Assembly: GCA_049521795.1 (NCBI GenBank)
Contig: JBEKOM010000002.1
Location: 96,001 to 160,000, forward strand
DNA length: 64,000 bases
Direction: 5' to 3'
Source: Candidatus Bathyarchaeia archaeon
Lineage (GTDB): Archaea > Thermoproteota > Bathyarchaeia > Bathyarchaeales > Bathycorpusculaceae
Shown here: positions 31,319-41,018 of the stretch, one piece after another
Layout: every line of letters begins with the position of its first letter
How positions within the stretch are numbered: the stretch's first letter is position 1
Position numbers and translations under genes: made by a program
The notes under the pieces: generated by a model
Seen by the model: the letters and a program-made list of their open reading frames with translations, nothing else
What the model was told of the DNA's origin: nothing
The model's database searches: none

Positions 31319-31867
31319 TCAAGAACGGATTTCTCGATCTTCTGCTGACTGCTTCTGAAAGTAAGATCTGAATAAACTGTATCTCTGCAGGCGTGGCCAA
31401 CCAGTCTTTGCGTAGATTAGTTTGTCTGGATTTCTCTTCAGCCAGTTCATCATGTGGAAGAAGCTCTTTGCCTTTTTCTCGTCTCTCTCTTTCACAGGCT
31501 CATAACCCAAGTTTCTGACTTCGTCAAGGTATGCTATTTCCGTCAGCCTCTGCGGTTCGCCGGTAACTACGATTCTCTCGATTTGATTGTCGCCATACAT
31601 CTCTCTCAAACGATCTACCGCTTCGTCGAAGATGTAGCCTCTGCAGATTTGAATTCGTTCGTCTTTCTTGAGTCCGAGTTTGTTCAATAGTTGAAACACG
31701 ATTGTTGAAGCCTGTGTCAGATACTCCTTTGATCGGAATCGCGGATATCTGAAGTATTTGACATCCACGATATCGTATCTGAATTCCTGAGTCTCGCAGC
31801 GAAAGGCAGCTATGACCACGCCAAAAAGAAGGTCGCCTATGCCAGCATCATCAACAATTATTGTCAG
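31319..31867 (-). CDS. Uncharacterised protein with RNase HII-like N-terminal motif
   Basis: Frame extends upstream of the called GTG to CTG 31867: TIIVDDAGIGDLLFGVVIA; ICRGYIF; KTGW. Confidence 0.65.
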   Translation of the reverse strand: MTIIVDDAGIGDLLFGVVIAAFRCETQEFRYDIVDVKYFRYPRFRSKEYLTQASTIVFQLLNKLGLKKDERIQICRGYIFDEAVDRLREMYGDNQIERIVVTGEPQRLTEIAYLDEVRNLGYEPVKERDEKKAKSFFHMMNWLKRNPDKLIYAKTGWPRLQRYSLFRSYFQKQSAEDREIRS

Positions 31868-32043
31868 TTAACGCCATCCCCTTGTGTAAGAGATAAATGA
31901 AACACACGCGCATTCGTAAAAATGCCCCATATGCGTCTTATATCGTTTACTTTTCGGGGTTCTGTAAACTCTCCGTTTGGTTTGTCTCCTTGTAAACATT
32001 CGTTTGGTAACGTAACCCAAAACGAAACCATGCAAAAGACGGG

Positions 32044-32250
32044 TCATGGTCTAAGATATAAGTCTGGATTTTCATCAGGATAGTTCTTTTTTCTATATCT
32101 GGTGCTCTCAATGTAGAACCATTCGAAATCTTTCGCCCATGAGGGCTGATTGCGCAATTTCCTCTGTTCTTCGACTGAATTCTTGAGAACTTTCCAAGAT
32201 TGGATTGCTATTGGAGAATACAATCTGAAAGCCTCTGAGTTCTCGACCAT
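32044..32250 (-). pseudogene. C-terminal fragment resembling DUF4760-type proteins (cargo)
   Basis: SWKVLK..R..WAKDFEWF pattern; N-terminal part missing. Confidence 0.4.
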
Positions 32251-32426
32251 CAGCTTTATTTGAAGGAACTACGGTATTTCTTATTGTGGGGTTTGATTCT
32301 ATCACACGGGTCAACTCCATCAAGAGGATGTTTGGTTTGCCGACCGCATCCTCTTGCTAATAGTAACAATAGTAACATTCTCCTATTCATACTTACTCTT
32401 TTTACCGTAAGCCTTATTAAGTAAAT

Positions 32427-33140
32427 ATGGTAAATATGGATAGTAGAAATAGAATGGAGGTGACCCGTGTGAAAGTTGGAAAATATGACATCCCAACATT
32501 ACATCTGCAACCAAATCTAGTACAAGACACAAAGACATTATATGAAACCTTCAAGTCAGATGAAGCACCCGACTCGCTAACTGTAGCAAAACTACTTGGC
32601 CATAAGACAGACAAAAGCGGGGGATATTTGGCAAAATTAGCCGACCTCAGATCGTATGGACTCATAACGAGCCGAGGAATAAGAGTTACCGACTTAGGGA
32701 AGAAGCTCACTTATGGAGCAAGCGACACTGAAAAGAATGAGGCGTTCAAAGAAGCACTATTGAATATACCATTGTGGAAAGAGCTTTACAGTAGGTTTGG
32801 TAAAACTCTCCCAACTAGTAATTTCTGGGCAAAACTAACCGAAATAACTGGGCTGGAAGCCCCAGATGCTCAAAAGGTCGAAGAAAACGTCAGAAATGCT
32901 TATTTGGCTGATTTCCAATATGTAAAAGAGGAAAAGAAGGCAGAACCAGAGGGCTCCAAGTTGAGTGACCAAACCCAAATTGACACATCAAAGGCAAAAC
33001 CATCTACCCTTGAGGAACTAAAGTTCGGAGACAATGTACGGATATGGCTTCCGAAAGAGAACATTAAAGAAGCATGGACAAAAGCCAAAAAGATGATCGA
33101 CATCTACCTAGGCACTGAAAAACACAAAGAGGAAGGCTAA
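32427..33140 (+). CDS. Hypothetical winged-helix-like protein (cargo)
   Basis: VAKLLGH..SG.Y..KLADLRSYGLI..VTDLGKKL..LNIPLWKELY pattern. Confidence 0.7.
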   Translation: MVNMDSRNRMEVTRVKVGKYDIPTLHLQPNLVQDTKTLYETFKSDEAPDSLTVAKLLGHKTDKSGGYLAKLADLRSYGLITSRGIRVTDLGKKLTYGASDTEKNEAFKEALLNIPLWKELYSRFGKTLPTSNFWAKLTEITGLEAPDAQKVEENVRNAYLADFQYVKEEKKAEPEGSKLSDQTQIDTSKAKPSTLEELKFGDNVRIWLPKENIKEAWTKAKKMIDIYLGTEKHKEEG

Positions 33141-33154
33141 TCCTTCCTTATTCC

Positions 33155-33370
33155 TTATTTTTGTTTTTCTTTCATCCTTTTGATAGTTTCTAACCCATGA
33201 AGTCTTGTTTCTGTTATTGTTGATTGTCCAACTATTTCTGTTATGGCTGGTATGGCTTTTGGACCATACGCGCTTAATGCGTCAATTACCTTCTTCCGAG
33301 TGTCTGTTATTGATGCAGTCAGAGCTATGTCTTTCAATCTTTTTATCTGCTCCTCTTCTGACAATTTCAA
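33155..33370 (-). CDS. Small HEAT-repeat-like helical protein (cargo)
   Basis: TRKKVIDALSAYGPKAIPAITEI; internal repeat SITDTR/TITETR. Confidence 0.6.
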   Translation of the reverse strand: MKLSEEEQIKRLKDIALTASITDTRKKVIDALSAYGPKAIPAITEIVGQSTITETRLHGLETIKRMKEKQK

Positions 33371-33662
33371 GCACCTTTGACAAGTGGATGATTAGTACAC
33401 TATGTTAAAAAGATTTTTGCATTTTCCTCACTTAGCTTAAGAGAACCCAAAAAGGACATCAATCGAAAAGTAATAGCTCGTAGAGCTGACAGAACCGATC
33501 AAACGAAAGTTTACAAGGGAAACAACCAAACAAAGAGTTTACAGAACCCTTTTCGGATTTCCATTCGCGCATACGTGCGATATCTATTTTCTAAAAAGAT
33601 AAGATTGTCCAGACATGCAAGTTGAAATATGATAACGTTTAAACTTTACCAAACTCAGATGA

Positions 33663-34010
33663 ATGCGCAAGATGAAGGACACGGTAATGGGCAACCTAGA
33701 GATGCGCTTTTACAATCAGATATTTTGCCTTGCAAAGGCTTTGGATGAACATGGGATAATACTCAACTATGATGATGCGCAGATGGGCCGAGTAAGCCCA
33801 AAGCTCGTAGGCGAAGGGTTTGGAATTCCTCTCTCAAAGGTCTATCCCATACCGGTGCCAGAGGACGTGAAAGGACAGATGGCAGCTCTTGATGTTAAGG
33901 ACTTCTGGGATTTCTATTTCTATAGAGAAACGAAGGCCTTAAGAGAAATTGAGCTTGAGAAGAAAAAAGAAGAGGAAAGACCTAAAAAGAAACACTGGCT
34001 CTTCCGATAA
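33663..34010 (+). CDS. Hypothetical protein
   Basis: 115-aa ORF with TTTAAA TATA-like box upstream; no recognised motif. Confidence 0.55.
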   Translation: MRKMKDTVMGNLEMRFYNQIFCLAKALDEHGIILNYDDAQMGRVSPKLVGEGFGIPLSKVYPIPVPEDVKGQMAALDVKDFWDFYFYRETKALREIELEKKKEEERPKKKHWLFR

Positions 34011-34083
34011 TGTCTGGACACGCGCGCTTATGTAATATAGGGACGTGCCCAGGATACGTAGCAAAAGCGCGCGCGGTTTTTCA

Positions 34084-34111
34084 TAGAAGTCTGTTCCTGA
34101 ATTCTTAAATA
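34084..34111 (+). promoter_or_regulatory. Shared operator-TATA promoter motif
   Basis: TAGAAGtctGTTCCTGAAttcTTAAATA. Confidence 0.65.
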
Positions 34112-34159
34112 CTCTTTTTCACGTATGTTATTGGTGCGAATCGAAGGGGGAGAGGGGAA

Positions 34160-36508
34160 ATGAATCGCAAGGTTATGAGTATTGGTATACTGTTCATCTT
34201 GGTTTTCACTGCAGTCATGGGGTTTGTGATGGTGCCAGTTAGAGCAGCTTCCACATGGTACGTTGACCCTCTAGGCACTGATGATGGGTCTCATGGTACA
34301 GGGCCGGGCATTAGCGCCTTCAAGACTATCACGTATGCTATCACTTCTGCTTCCGACGGCGACACGATAATGGTTGCAGCAGCGACGTATAATGAAGAGG
34401 TTGATGTTACCAAGGCATTGACGATCGTTGGAGCCGGTGCAGGAACAACAATCATCGACGGCACCGGTGTGGCGCTTGCTCATGACGGCCTGGTCAAAAT
34501 CACTACGACGACCGGCAATGTACTATTAACAGGTTTCACAGTGCGCAACGCTCCTTTATCAGGGGACGGAAATTACATGGACATTATAACGCAATCTGCT
34601 GCTACTGTAGACTATACTATCTCATACTGCAATATCTATGGAACCAATAATCCAGCGCTGATAAATGATTATGGATTCTACGCACAGGGAGGGCCGTATA
34701 ACCTAGTATTCACTCACAACATGGTAACTCAGACAGGAAACAACATTGTGTGCGAGGTGCACACCGGTTCGACCGAAATAAGCTATTGTACTCTAGAAGC
34801 TGGTATAGGCCTGGCTGCTGACGCAATATTTTTCATGACGTACGGCGAAGATGTCACGACTCTGCAGAGCGTCTGCTACAACACATTTAATATGGGCACT
34901 GGAGGCCCATTCGACTACGATCACAGATCAACTGGCGTGAGCTTTTGCGCTCCCGGAGCTGCCTGGGGCCTCGGAGATGCGAAGTTCACAGACATGTTAA
35001 TCAGTGGAAACACGTTCAACAACCTGCAAAGCAACAGAAGAGCCATAGGTTTCTGGAACGCCAACAATACGGTACACAACCTCGTTGCTCCGCAGATAAC
35101 TAACAACACTGTAAATGGCGTTGCAGGCTCAACGGATAGCTCTGGTATAGATTTCTATGGCCTCACGGACAATGCCAGCATAAGCGGCAACACGATAGAA
35201 GGCACAGACACTGCAATTTATCTTCGTGACGGAGATGCTCCGGGCACTCAGATCCATTACAACAACATTGTAGGAAACACAGAGGGATTGAACTGGACAA
35301 GCGGAAGCATAGTGGATGCAAGTTTCAATTGGTGGGGCGACTCGTCGGGACCAAACCTGGGCCACGGAGATAATGTGACTGGAAATGCCACAGTCACGTC
35401 CTATTTGCAGAGCCAGTTCGCGGCACGAGTTTACATTGATCCCAACCCTGTCGTGAAGTCTTACACAGACATTGGAACCAACTTCACCATTGATGTGAAA
35501 GTGGAAAAGATCGAAGACCTCTTCGGTTTCGACATCAATCTCACCTGGGACAACTCCTTGATCACTTTCCAAGACTGCAACTATAACGGCAGCTTAGACT
35601 CGCTTTGGCCATTGGGCTGGGCTCTCACAGAAAACACAACTGGTGTCAACGCAGGCACAGAGTGGTACAAACTTGTGGCATTGTCCACGAGCAGTAGTTT
35701 CAACACAACGGACAGCCAAACCCTGTTCACTTTGAAGTTCCATATAGAAAGGGGCTCGATTGTCCTTCTACTGCAGGAGCCGATTCATTTTCAGACAGTC
35801 AAATTGAGCAATAACGCGACGCCTATACCGATCCCGATACCAGCAGCAGTCGATGATGGGCTCTACCAGATTAGTTCCATAGCGCCAGACTTGGAGTTCC
35901 AGTTGTTGGACCCTGATCCGGCGAAACCTTTCGAATGGGGCAAGATCTTCCAGGTCGAAGTGAATGTGAGCCACGTCTGCTCGAAGTTGACGGGCTACAA
36001 TCTCATCATTGCGTACGACAATGAGCTGTTCAACCTAACAGGGGTGAATTGGACCGGAGGCGTTCTAGGAACAGGAAGCTACGCCGATAGCCCGCATGGA
36101 ACTGTGAACGTGGTATTAACTGGCGGTAATCCTTGGATCGGAACCAACGGACTGCTGTTAACACTCTCTTTCCGGCTGCAATTTGACGACAGAACTGAGC
36201 ACATCTGGAGAACAAATGCACCGCACGAGCTGACTGGCAGCGTATCCTTAGAAGATGCTCAGCTAACCTTCACTGATGGCACACTGCTCATGAGTGGAAT
36301 CCAAACGCCTGCACCCCTAACCGCCACGATTCATTTGATTCGGGGAGATGTTGACTGCGACGGCAAAGTGGACGTGCTCGATCTTCGCACGATAGCGGCA
36401 TACTACGACCAGTCGTTGCCAACGAAATATGACCTGAACAACGACGGTACCATCGACATCTTTGACCTTGTAGTTGTCGCAACGAACTTTGGCTACGGCG
36501 GACCATAA
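34160..36508 (+). CDS. Secreted beta-helix (pectin-lyase-like fold), cohesin x2, dockerin protein
   Basis: Signal peptide; FKTITYAI..GDTI.V...YNE; NWWGD; LFGFDINLTWD; GDVDCDGKVDVLD / YDLNNDGTIDIFD. Confidence 0.82.
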   Translation: MNRKVMSIGILFILVFTAVMGFVMVPVRAASTWYVDPLGTDDGSHGTGPGISAFKTITYAITSASDGDTIMVAAATYNEEVDVTKALTIVGAGAGTTIIDGTGVALAHDGLVKITTTTGNVLLTGFTVRNAPLSGDGNYMDIITQSAATVDYTISYCNIYGTNNPALINDYGFYAQGGPYNLVFTHNMVTQTGNNIVCEVHTGSTEISYCTLEAGIGLAADAIFFMTYGEDVTTLQSVCYNTFNMGTGGPFDYDHRSTGVSFCAPGAAWGLGDAKFTDMLISGNTFNNLQSNRRAIGFWNANNTVHNLVAPQITNNTVNGVAGSTDSSGIDFYGLTDNASISGNTIEGTDTAIYLRDGDAPGTQIHYNNIVGNTEGLNWTSGSIVDASFNWWGDSSGPNLGHGDNVTGNATVTSYLQSQFAARVYIDPNPVVKSYTDIGTNFTIDVKVEKIEDLFGFDINLTWDNSLITFQDCNYNGSLDSLWPLGWALTENTTGVNAGTEWYKLVALSTSSSFNTTDSQTLFTLKFHIERGSIVLLLQEPIHFQTVKLSNNATPIPIPIPAAVDDGLYQISSIAPDLEFQLLDPDPAKPFEWGKIFQVEVNVSHVCSKLTGYNLIIAYDNELFNLTGVNWTGGVLGTGSYADSPHGTVNVVLTGGNPWIGTNGLLLTLSFRLQFDDRTEHIWRTNAPHELTGSVSLEDAQLTFTDGTLLMSGIQTPAPLTATIHLIRGDVDCDGKVDVLDLRTIAAYYDQSLPTKYDLNNDGTIDIFDLVVVATNFGYGGP

Positions 36509-36567
36509 AAAGCCCAAGTTAACAAGCGCGCGCTAGGCTGGTATCACGTGTTTCTCAACACTTCATG

Positions 36568-36595
36568 TAGAAGCTAGTTCCTGAACTCTTAAATA
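36568..36595 (+). promoter_or_regulatory. Shared operator-TATA promoter motif
   Basis: TAGAAGctaGTTCCTGAActcTTAAATA. Confidence 0.65.
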
Positions 36596-36649
36596 TCCTT
36601 ATTCACCTCTTTGTACCGCAGACCAGTGTAGGGAGAGAAGGCAGCTTCA

Positions 36650-39058
36650 TTGTTGCTCCTCGATAACGCGCACGCGCGTAGGGGATTCTTTGCCATATTT
36701 ACAATCGTATCTTTGATCCTAGCTACTACGGCAATCATGACGCCCACTTATGTAAAAACGGTTTTCGGAGAGCCCGCCACGGTCCTCTACATTGACCCCC
36801 CTTTCACGAACAAGACTCATGATGATATTGACACTACCTTTGAAGTGAACGTGACGATTACAAACGTTACAGATCTGCAGGCTTTTGCGTTCAACTTGAC
36901 CTGGGACAACAGTCTGATAACCCTTGTAAACGTCAACTTCACGACCACGCTGAACACCATATGGGGTAAGGGCCACTGGGCTCCTGTGGACAACACAACT
37001 GGTGTTGGCTTCTACGATCTCGCTGCGTTATCCTTGGCGAGCAGCTTCAACGGCGCTGGACCAAATCCTCTGTGCAAACTTACATTTAACGTTCAAGACC
37101 CTCAGACCAACTCTGCCAGAAATTGTTCTATTCACTTTGACACGCACGCCCTGAGCACTTCACAACCGAGCGAAATCGCTCACACGGTGGCTGATGGCAG
37201 CTACACTATTGCGGGCAGGGAAGCAACGGTCTTAATCACTCCTTCTTTGACAGAGAAGACCTATTCCAACGTGGACGCCACTTTCGAAGTGAACGTGACC
37301 GTTGAAAGTGTTACAGACCTTTTCGGCTTTGACCTCAACGTCACATGGGACAGTGCATTTCTAAACTTCAGCAACTGCTACTACAAAGACACGCTGGACG
37401 CACTGTGGGGTTCAGGTCAATGGTTCGTTGCAGAAAACGAAAGTGGCATAGGCTATTACAAATTCGTGGCCGTGTCAACGGCCGATAGTTTCAACACAAC
37501 TCGCAGCCAGGCCATGTTCACCCTCGAGTTCATCGTCGGAAATCCTCCACAACCGAACGAAACAATGATTCACTTCGCAACCGACAAACTGAGTGACCCG
37601 CAAGCGGAAAACATCACACACTTGGTGGAAGATGGAACATATAGGTTCGGGAGCAGTCTTACGATCACTACAGTCGGAAGTGGTTCAGTCACTAAGAGCC
37701 CCAACCAAGCTGCCTACCTGAACGGCACCGTCGTCACTCTAACGGCTTCTCCCTCTATTGGCTGGGGCTTCGCTGGTTGGAGCGGTAACGCTTCGGGCCT
37801 TGCCTACCAGACCACCGTAAACATGACCAGCAACAAATCTGTCAATGCAACCTTCACGCAGAACGTGTACACTTTTTGGATTGCGATTGTTGGCCAAGGT
37901 CATGTCACCCTCAACAACACCGGGCCCTATCACTTCGGCGATGTGGTTCAGCTGTCGGCTGTTCCTGCCTCGGGCTGGGCTTTTGGCAATTGGAGCGGAG
38001 ACTTGAGCGGATCAGTCAATCCAATCACATTAACGATCAACGGTAACGCCTCTGCCACTGCAACTTTCACTCAGACCACTCAGAACACATACACCCTGAC
38101 TATCTCGCTTGATGGCAATGGTTCTGTGACCCTGAGCAAAACTGGTCCTTACAATTATAGTGATGTTGTTCAGCTAACGGCCACGGCTAACGCCAGTTGG
38201 GTTTTCGTGTCTTGGACCGGTAACGTGCCAGGCTATCCCAACTACACCAACCCTGCCACTCTGACTATGACGGGCAACTTCTCAGTTACGGCTCACTTCA
38301 AGCAGCCCGCACCACCGCAGGCCGTTTTCAATTACTCACCCTCAGAAGCATACGTCAACATGACAGTCACTTTTGATGCTACAGCGTCAAAACCCGGTTC
38401 AAATGGCACTGCCGATTCACCCATCGCGAACTACACCTGGAATTTTGGAGACGGCAATATCACCAGCGACAACTACTCCACAATAGTTCACACATATGCG
38501 ACTGATGCAAACTACACAGTCACTCTCAACGTGACGGACAGCCAAGGTCTTTGGAACACCACGTCCGAAACCGTTAAAGTGGCTCCGGCAGAGCCCCAGG
38601 CTAACTTTACGTGGTATCCTGCACCACCCAAAGCCAATGAAACAGTCACTCTTGATGCTACCGCGTCAAAACTTGGTTGGAATGGCACTGCCCATCCGCC
38701 CATTGTGAACTACACCTGGGATTTTGGAGACGGCAATATCACCAGCGGCAACTACCTCACAATAGTTCACACGTATTCGACTGACGGAAACTACACAGTC
38801 ACATTGAACATTGTGGATAGCAACGAATTAAAAGGCAACATTACAAAGATGGTCACGGTACAAGAAAGTATACTTATAGGAGACTTAAACGGGGACGGCG
38901 TAGTGAACATCTTGGACGCGATAACATTTAGTAACGCCTTTGGCGCCACGCCTAGCAGCTCAAACTGGAATCCAAAAGCGGACCTCAACGGCGACGGCGT
39001 CGTGAACATCTTGGACGCGATAATACTGGCAAACCACTTCGGACAATCCAGCTCATAA
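36650..39058 (+). CDS. Secreted cohesin x2, InlB-B-like repeats x3, PKD x2, dockerin protein
   Basis: AFAFNLTWD / FGFDLNVTWD; V.L.A.P..GW.F..WSG repeats; YTW(N/D)FGDG PKD motifs; twin DLNGDGVVNILD. Confidence 0.85.
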   Translation: MLLLDNAHARRGFFAIFTIVSLILATTAIMTPTYVKTVFGEPATVLYIDPPFTNKTHDDIDTTFEVNVTITNVTDLQAFAFNLTWDNSLITLVNVNFTTTLNTIWGKGHWAPVDNTTGVGFYDLAALSLASSFNGAGPNPLCKLTFNVQDPQTNSARNCSIHFDTHALSTSQPSEIAHTVADGSYTIAGREATVLITPSLTEKTYSNVDATFEVNVTVESVTDLFGFDLNVTWDSAFLNFSNCYYKDTLDALWGSGQWFVAENESGIGYYKFVAVSTADSFNTTRSQAMFTLEFIVGNPPQPNETMIHFATDKLSDPQAENITHLVEDGTYRFGSSLTITTVGSGSVTKSPNQAAYLNGTVVTLTASPSIGWGFAGWSGNASGLAYQTTVNMTSNKSVNATFTQNVYTFWIAIVGQGHVTLNNTGPYHFGDVVQLSAVPASGWAFGNWSGDLSGSVNPITLTINGNASATATFTQTTQNTYTLTISLDGNGSVTLSKTGPYNYSDVVQLTATANASWVFVSWTGNVPGYPNYTNPATLTMTGNFSVTAHFKQPAPPQAVFNYSPSEAYVNMTVTFDATASKPGSNGTADSPIANYTWNFGDGNITSDNYSTIVHTYATDANYTVTLNVTDSQGLWNTTSETVKVAPAEPQANFTWYPAPPKANETVTLDATASKLGWNGTAHPPIVNYTWDFGDGNITSGNYLTIVHTYSTDGNYTVTLNIVDSNELKGNITKMVTVQESILIGDLNGDGVVNILDAITFSNAFGATPSSSNWNPKADLNGDGVVNILDAIILANHFGQSSS

Positions 39059-39290
39059 CCCCACCTTCTCGAAGTCAGGTCCATTCTTAGGAAAAAGGTC
39101 GGCAGCACTTGCCGGTTTGTGGCGTGCAACGTTGTGCGGGCGCGCTCGTCGTCTAGTCTGATTCAAGATTCCTAAGCATGTAATGAAGACTGGGTTTGGC
39201 AGAACGGTTGGCATGGGCAACGATTGTCGTTGAGGATGATGATGGCGCGCGCGTTCACAAACTTCTTAGGATGGGAAGTTGATTTAGAGT

Positions 39291-40568
39291 TTGAGGAAGG
39301 GAGTTACATCGTCTAGGAAGACTGTTTCTGTAATAGTCCTATTTTTGCTGGTGATAAGCACGTCAGCATCGGCATTTAACATTCAACCTGTTAAAGCAAG
39401 CGGAATTATCTTGATACGGGCTGATGGAAGTGTAGACCCGTCTTCAGCACCCATTTCAACTGTTGACAACATCACATACACCCTTACTGACAACATTGGC
39501 GGTTCTATCCAAATTGAAAGAGACAGCATTGTGGTTAATGGGGCAGGGTACACAGTTCAGGACAATGGAGCTGCGTACCAAAATGGACTTATCCTGGATG
39601 GCATAAATCACGTGACAATCAAAAACGCAGAAATAACGAACTTTTCTGATTCTGGCATCTGGCTCATCGACGGTTCAAGCAACAGCATTTATGACAACAA
39701 CGTCACAAACAACGGGGTTGGGATTTGGCTCGACTCTTCTTCTAACAGCACTTTGTCCGGCAACAACGTCGCAAACAACTATTATAGTCTATATCTCACC
39801 AATTGCTCTGAAAATTCCATTTTCCACAACAGTTTTGTGAACAACACAAACGAGGTCCACACGGAAGGCTCGGCTAATATTTGGGATGATGGTTATCCTT
39901 CTGGCGGAAACTACTGGAGCGACTACAATGGGATGGATCTGTATAGCGGTTCTTCTCAGAATGAAACAGGGAAAGATGGAATAGGCGACACACCATATGT
40001 CATTGATACAAACAACAGAGACAATTATCCGCTTGTCAAACCGTATCCATGCATTCATGCCATTGCCGCGGAAGGCGTAGGAGCCAGCAAAACGATCATT
40101 GGACAAGGCTTTACAACAAACCTAAGTGTAGCTGTTGCCAACAGGGGACACTTCGAGGAAACTCTCAAGGTAACGGTCAACGCACATGCAAATGGGAACC
40201 CTAAACTTGTCGCTTGGAATTACGCAGTTACGCTGACTGCTGGAGACAACTCGACGGCTATTTTTGTTTGGAACACGTCAGGGTCTGTTGATGGCAACTA
40301 CACCCTAACTGCCAGTGTAGAACCAGTTCCGAACGAAACAGACACCCCAGACAACACGTGCAGCAGCTGGGTCGCAGTGACGATCCCAGGCGACGTCAAC
40401 GGCGACTTCACCATCAACATCCTTGACGCAATAACGCTGAGCAACGCCTTCCTAACCACACCCAGTAGCGCAAAATGGAACCCAAACGCAGACATCAACG
40501 GCGACAACCTCGTAAACATCCTAGACGCGATAATACTGGCAAACAACTTCCTACAACAATACCCATGA
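39291..40568 (+). CDS. Secreted NosD beta-helix, CARDB-like, dockerin protein
   Basis: IRADGSVDP, WDDGYPSGGNYWSDY, GNYTLTA..VPNETD..DN, GDVNGD / ADINGD. Confidence 0.85.
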   Translation: MRKGVTSSRKTVSVIVLFLLVISTSASAFNIQPVKASGIILIRADGSVDPSSAPISTVDNITYTLTDNIGGSIQIERDSIVVNGAGYTVQDNGAAYQNGLILDGINHVTIKNAEITNFSDSGIWLIDGSSNSIYDNNVTNNGVGIWLDSSSNSTLSGNNVANNYYSLYLTNCSENSIFHNSFVNNTNEVHTEGSANIWDDGYPSGGNYWSDYNGMDLYSGSSQNETGKDGIGDTPYVIDTNNRDNYPLVKPYPCIHAIAAEGVGASKTIIGQGFTTNLSVAVANRGHFEETLKVTVNAHANGNPKLVAWNYAVTLTAGDNSTAIFVWNTSGSVDGNYTLTASVEPVPNETDTPDNTCSSWVAVTIPGDVNGDFTINILDAITLSNAFLTTPSSAKWNPNADINGDNLVNILDAIILANNFLQQYP

Positions 40569-40720
40569 CCGCAGACCAGTTACCTTCATTCAGTAGCCGA
40601 CCTCGTGCAAACACGCACCAAAGAAGAATGAGTTAGCTGAACAACTCGACATTGATTGACGGTTCTTTAGTAGTCTGATAACACACCTACTGAGCGCGCG
40701 CACTCTCGACGCGAAACAAG

Positions 40721-40833
40721 GAGATCCGAACTGGGCAGCAGCCTCGACATACGACCTTAACGGCGACGGAAAAATCGACATACTCGACGTGGGAATGGTC
40801 GCAGTGAACTACGGATGCTCATACGTTTCGTGA
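40721..40833 (+). pseudogene. Orphan dockerin half-repeat
   Basis: GDPNWAAASTYDLNGDGKIDILDVGMVAVNYG..stop, with no upstream gene body. Confidence 0.65.
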
Positions 40834-40937
40834 TACGCGCGATAAGGTTGCTGTCTCTGTAGTTCTAGGCTTTTTGAATACGAGCGTGCAAATGAGTCGG
40901 TTTCTATTGTTGCGTGAAGTATTTGCGTGCGCAAGAA

Positions 40938-40965
40938 TAGAGGTTTGTTTCTGAAGTCTTAAATA
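40938..40965 (+). promoter_or_regulatory. Shared operator-TATA promoter motif
   Basis: TAGAGGtttGTTTCTGAAgtcTTAAATA. Confidence 0.6.
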
Positions 40966-41018
40966 TCCTCCAGTTCATGTTTTTAAGTGCGGACGAGCAA
41001 GTTGAAGGGAGAAATGAT

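Larger units (their letters stand above)
31958..33548. mobile_element. Non-autonomous transposon / mobile insertion cassette with passenger genes
   Basis: 51-bp TIRs (31958-32008, 33498-33548; 43/51 identical, outer 15 bp perfect, GGTTCTGTAAACTCT); 8-bp direct repeat CTTTTCGG at 31950-31957 and 33549-33556; AT-rich interior; no transposase. Confidence 0.88.

Noticed and set aside
31957-33549. Tn3-family assignment or 6-bp duplication for the TIR element
   Set aside because: The right end lacks the fourth C of a GGGG terminus and no 5-bp duplication fits; boundaries 31958/33548 give a longer exact 8-bp duplication.
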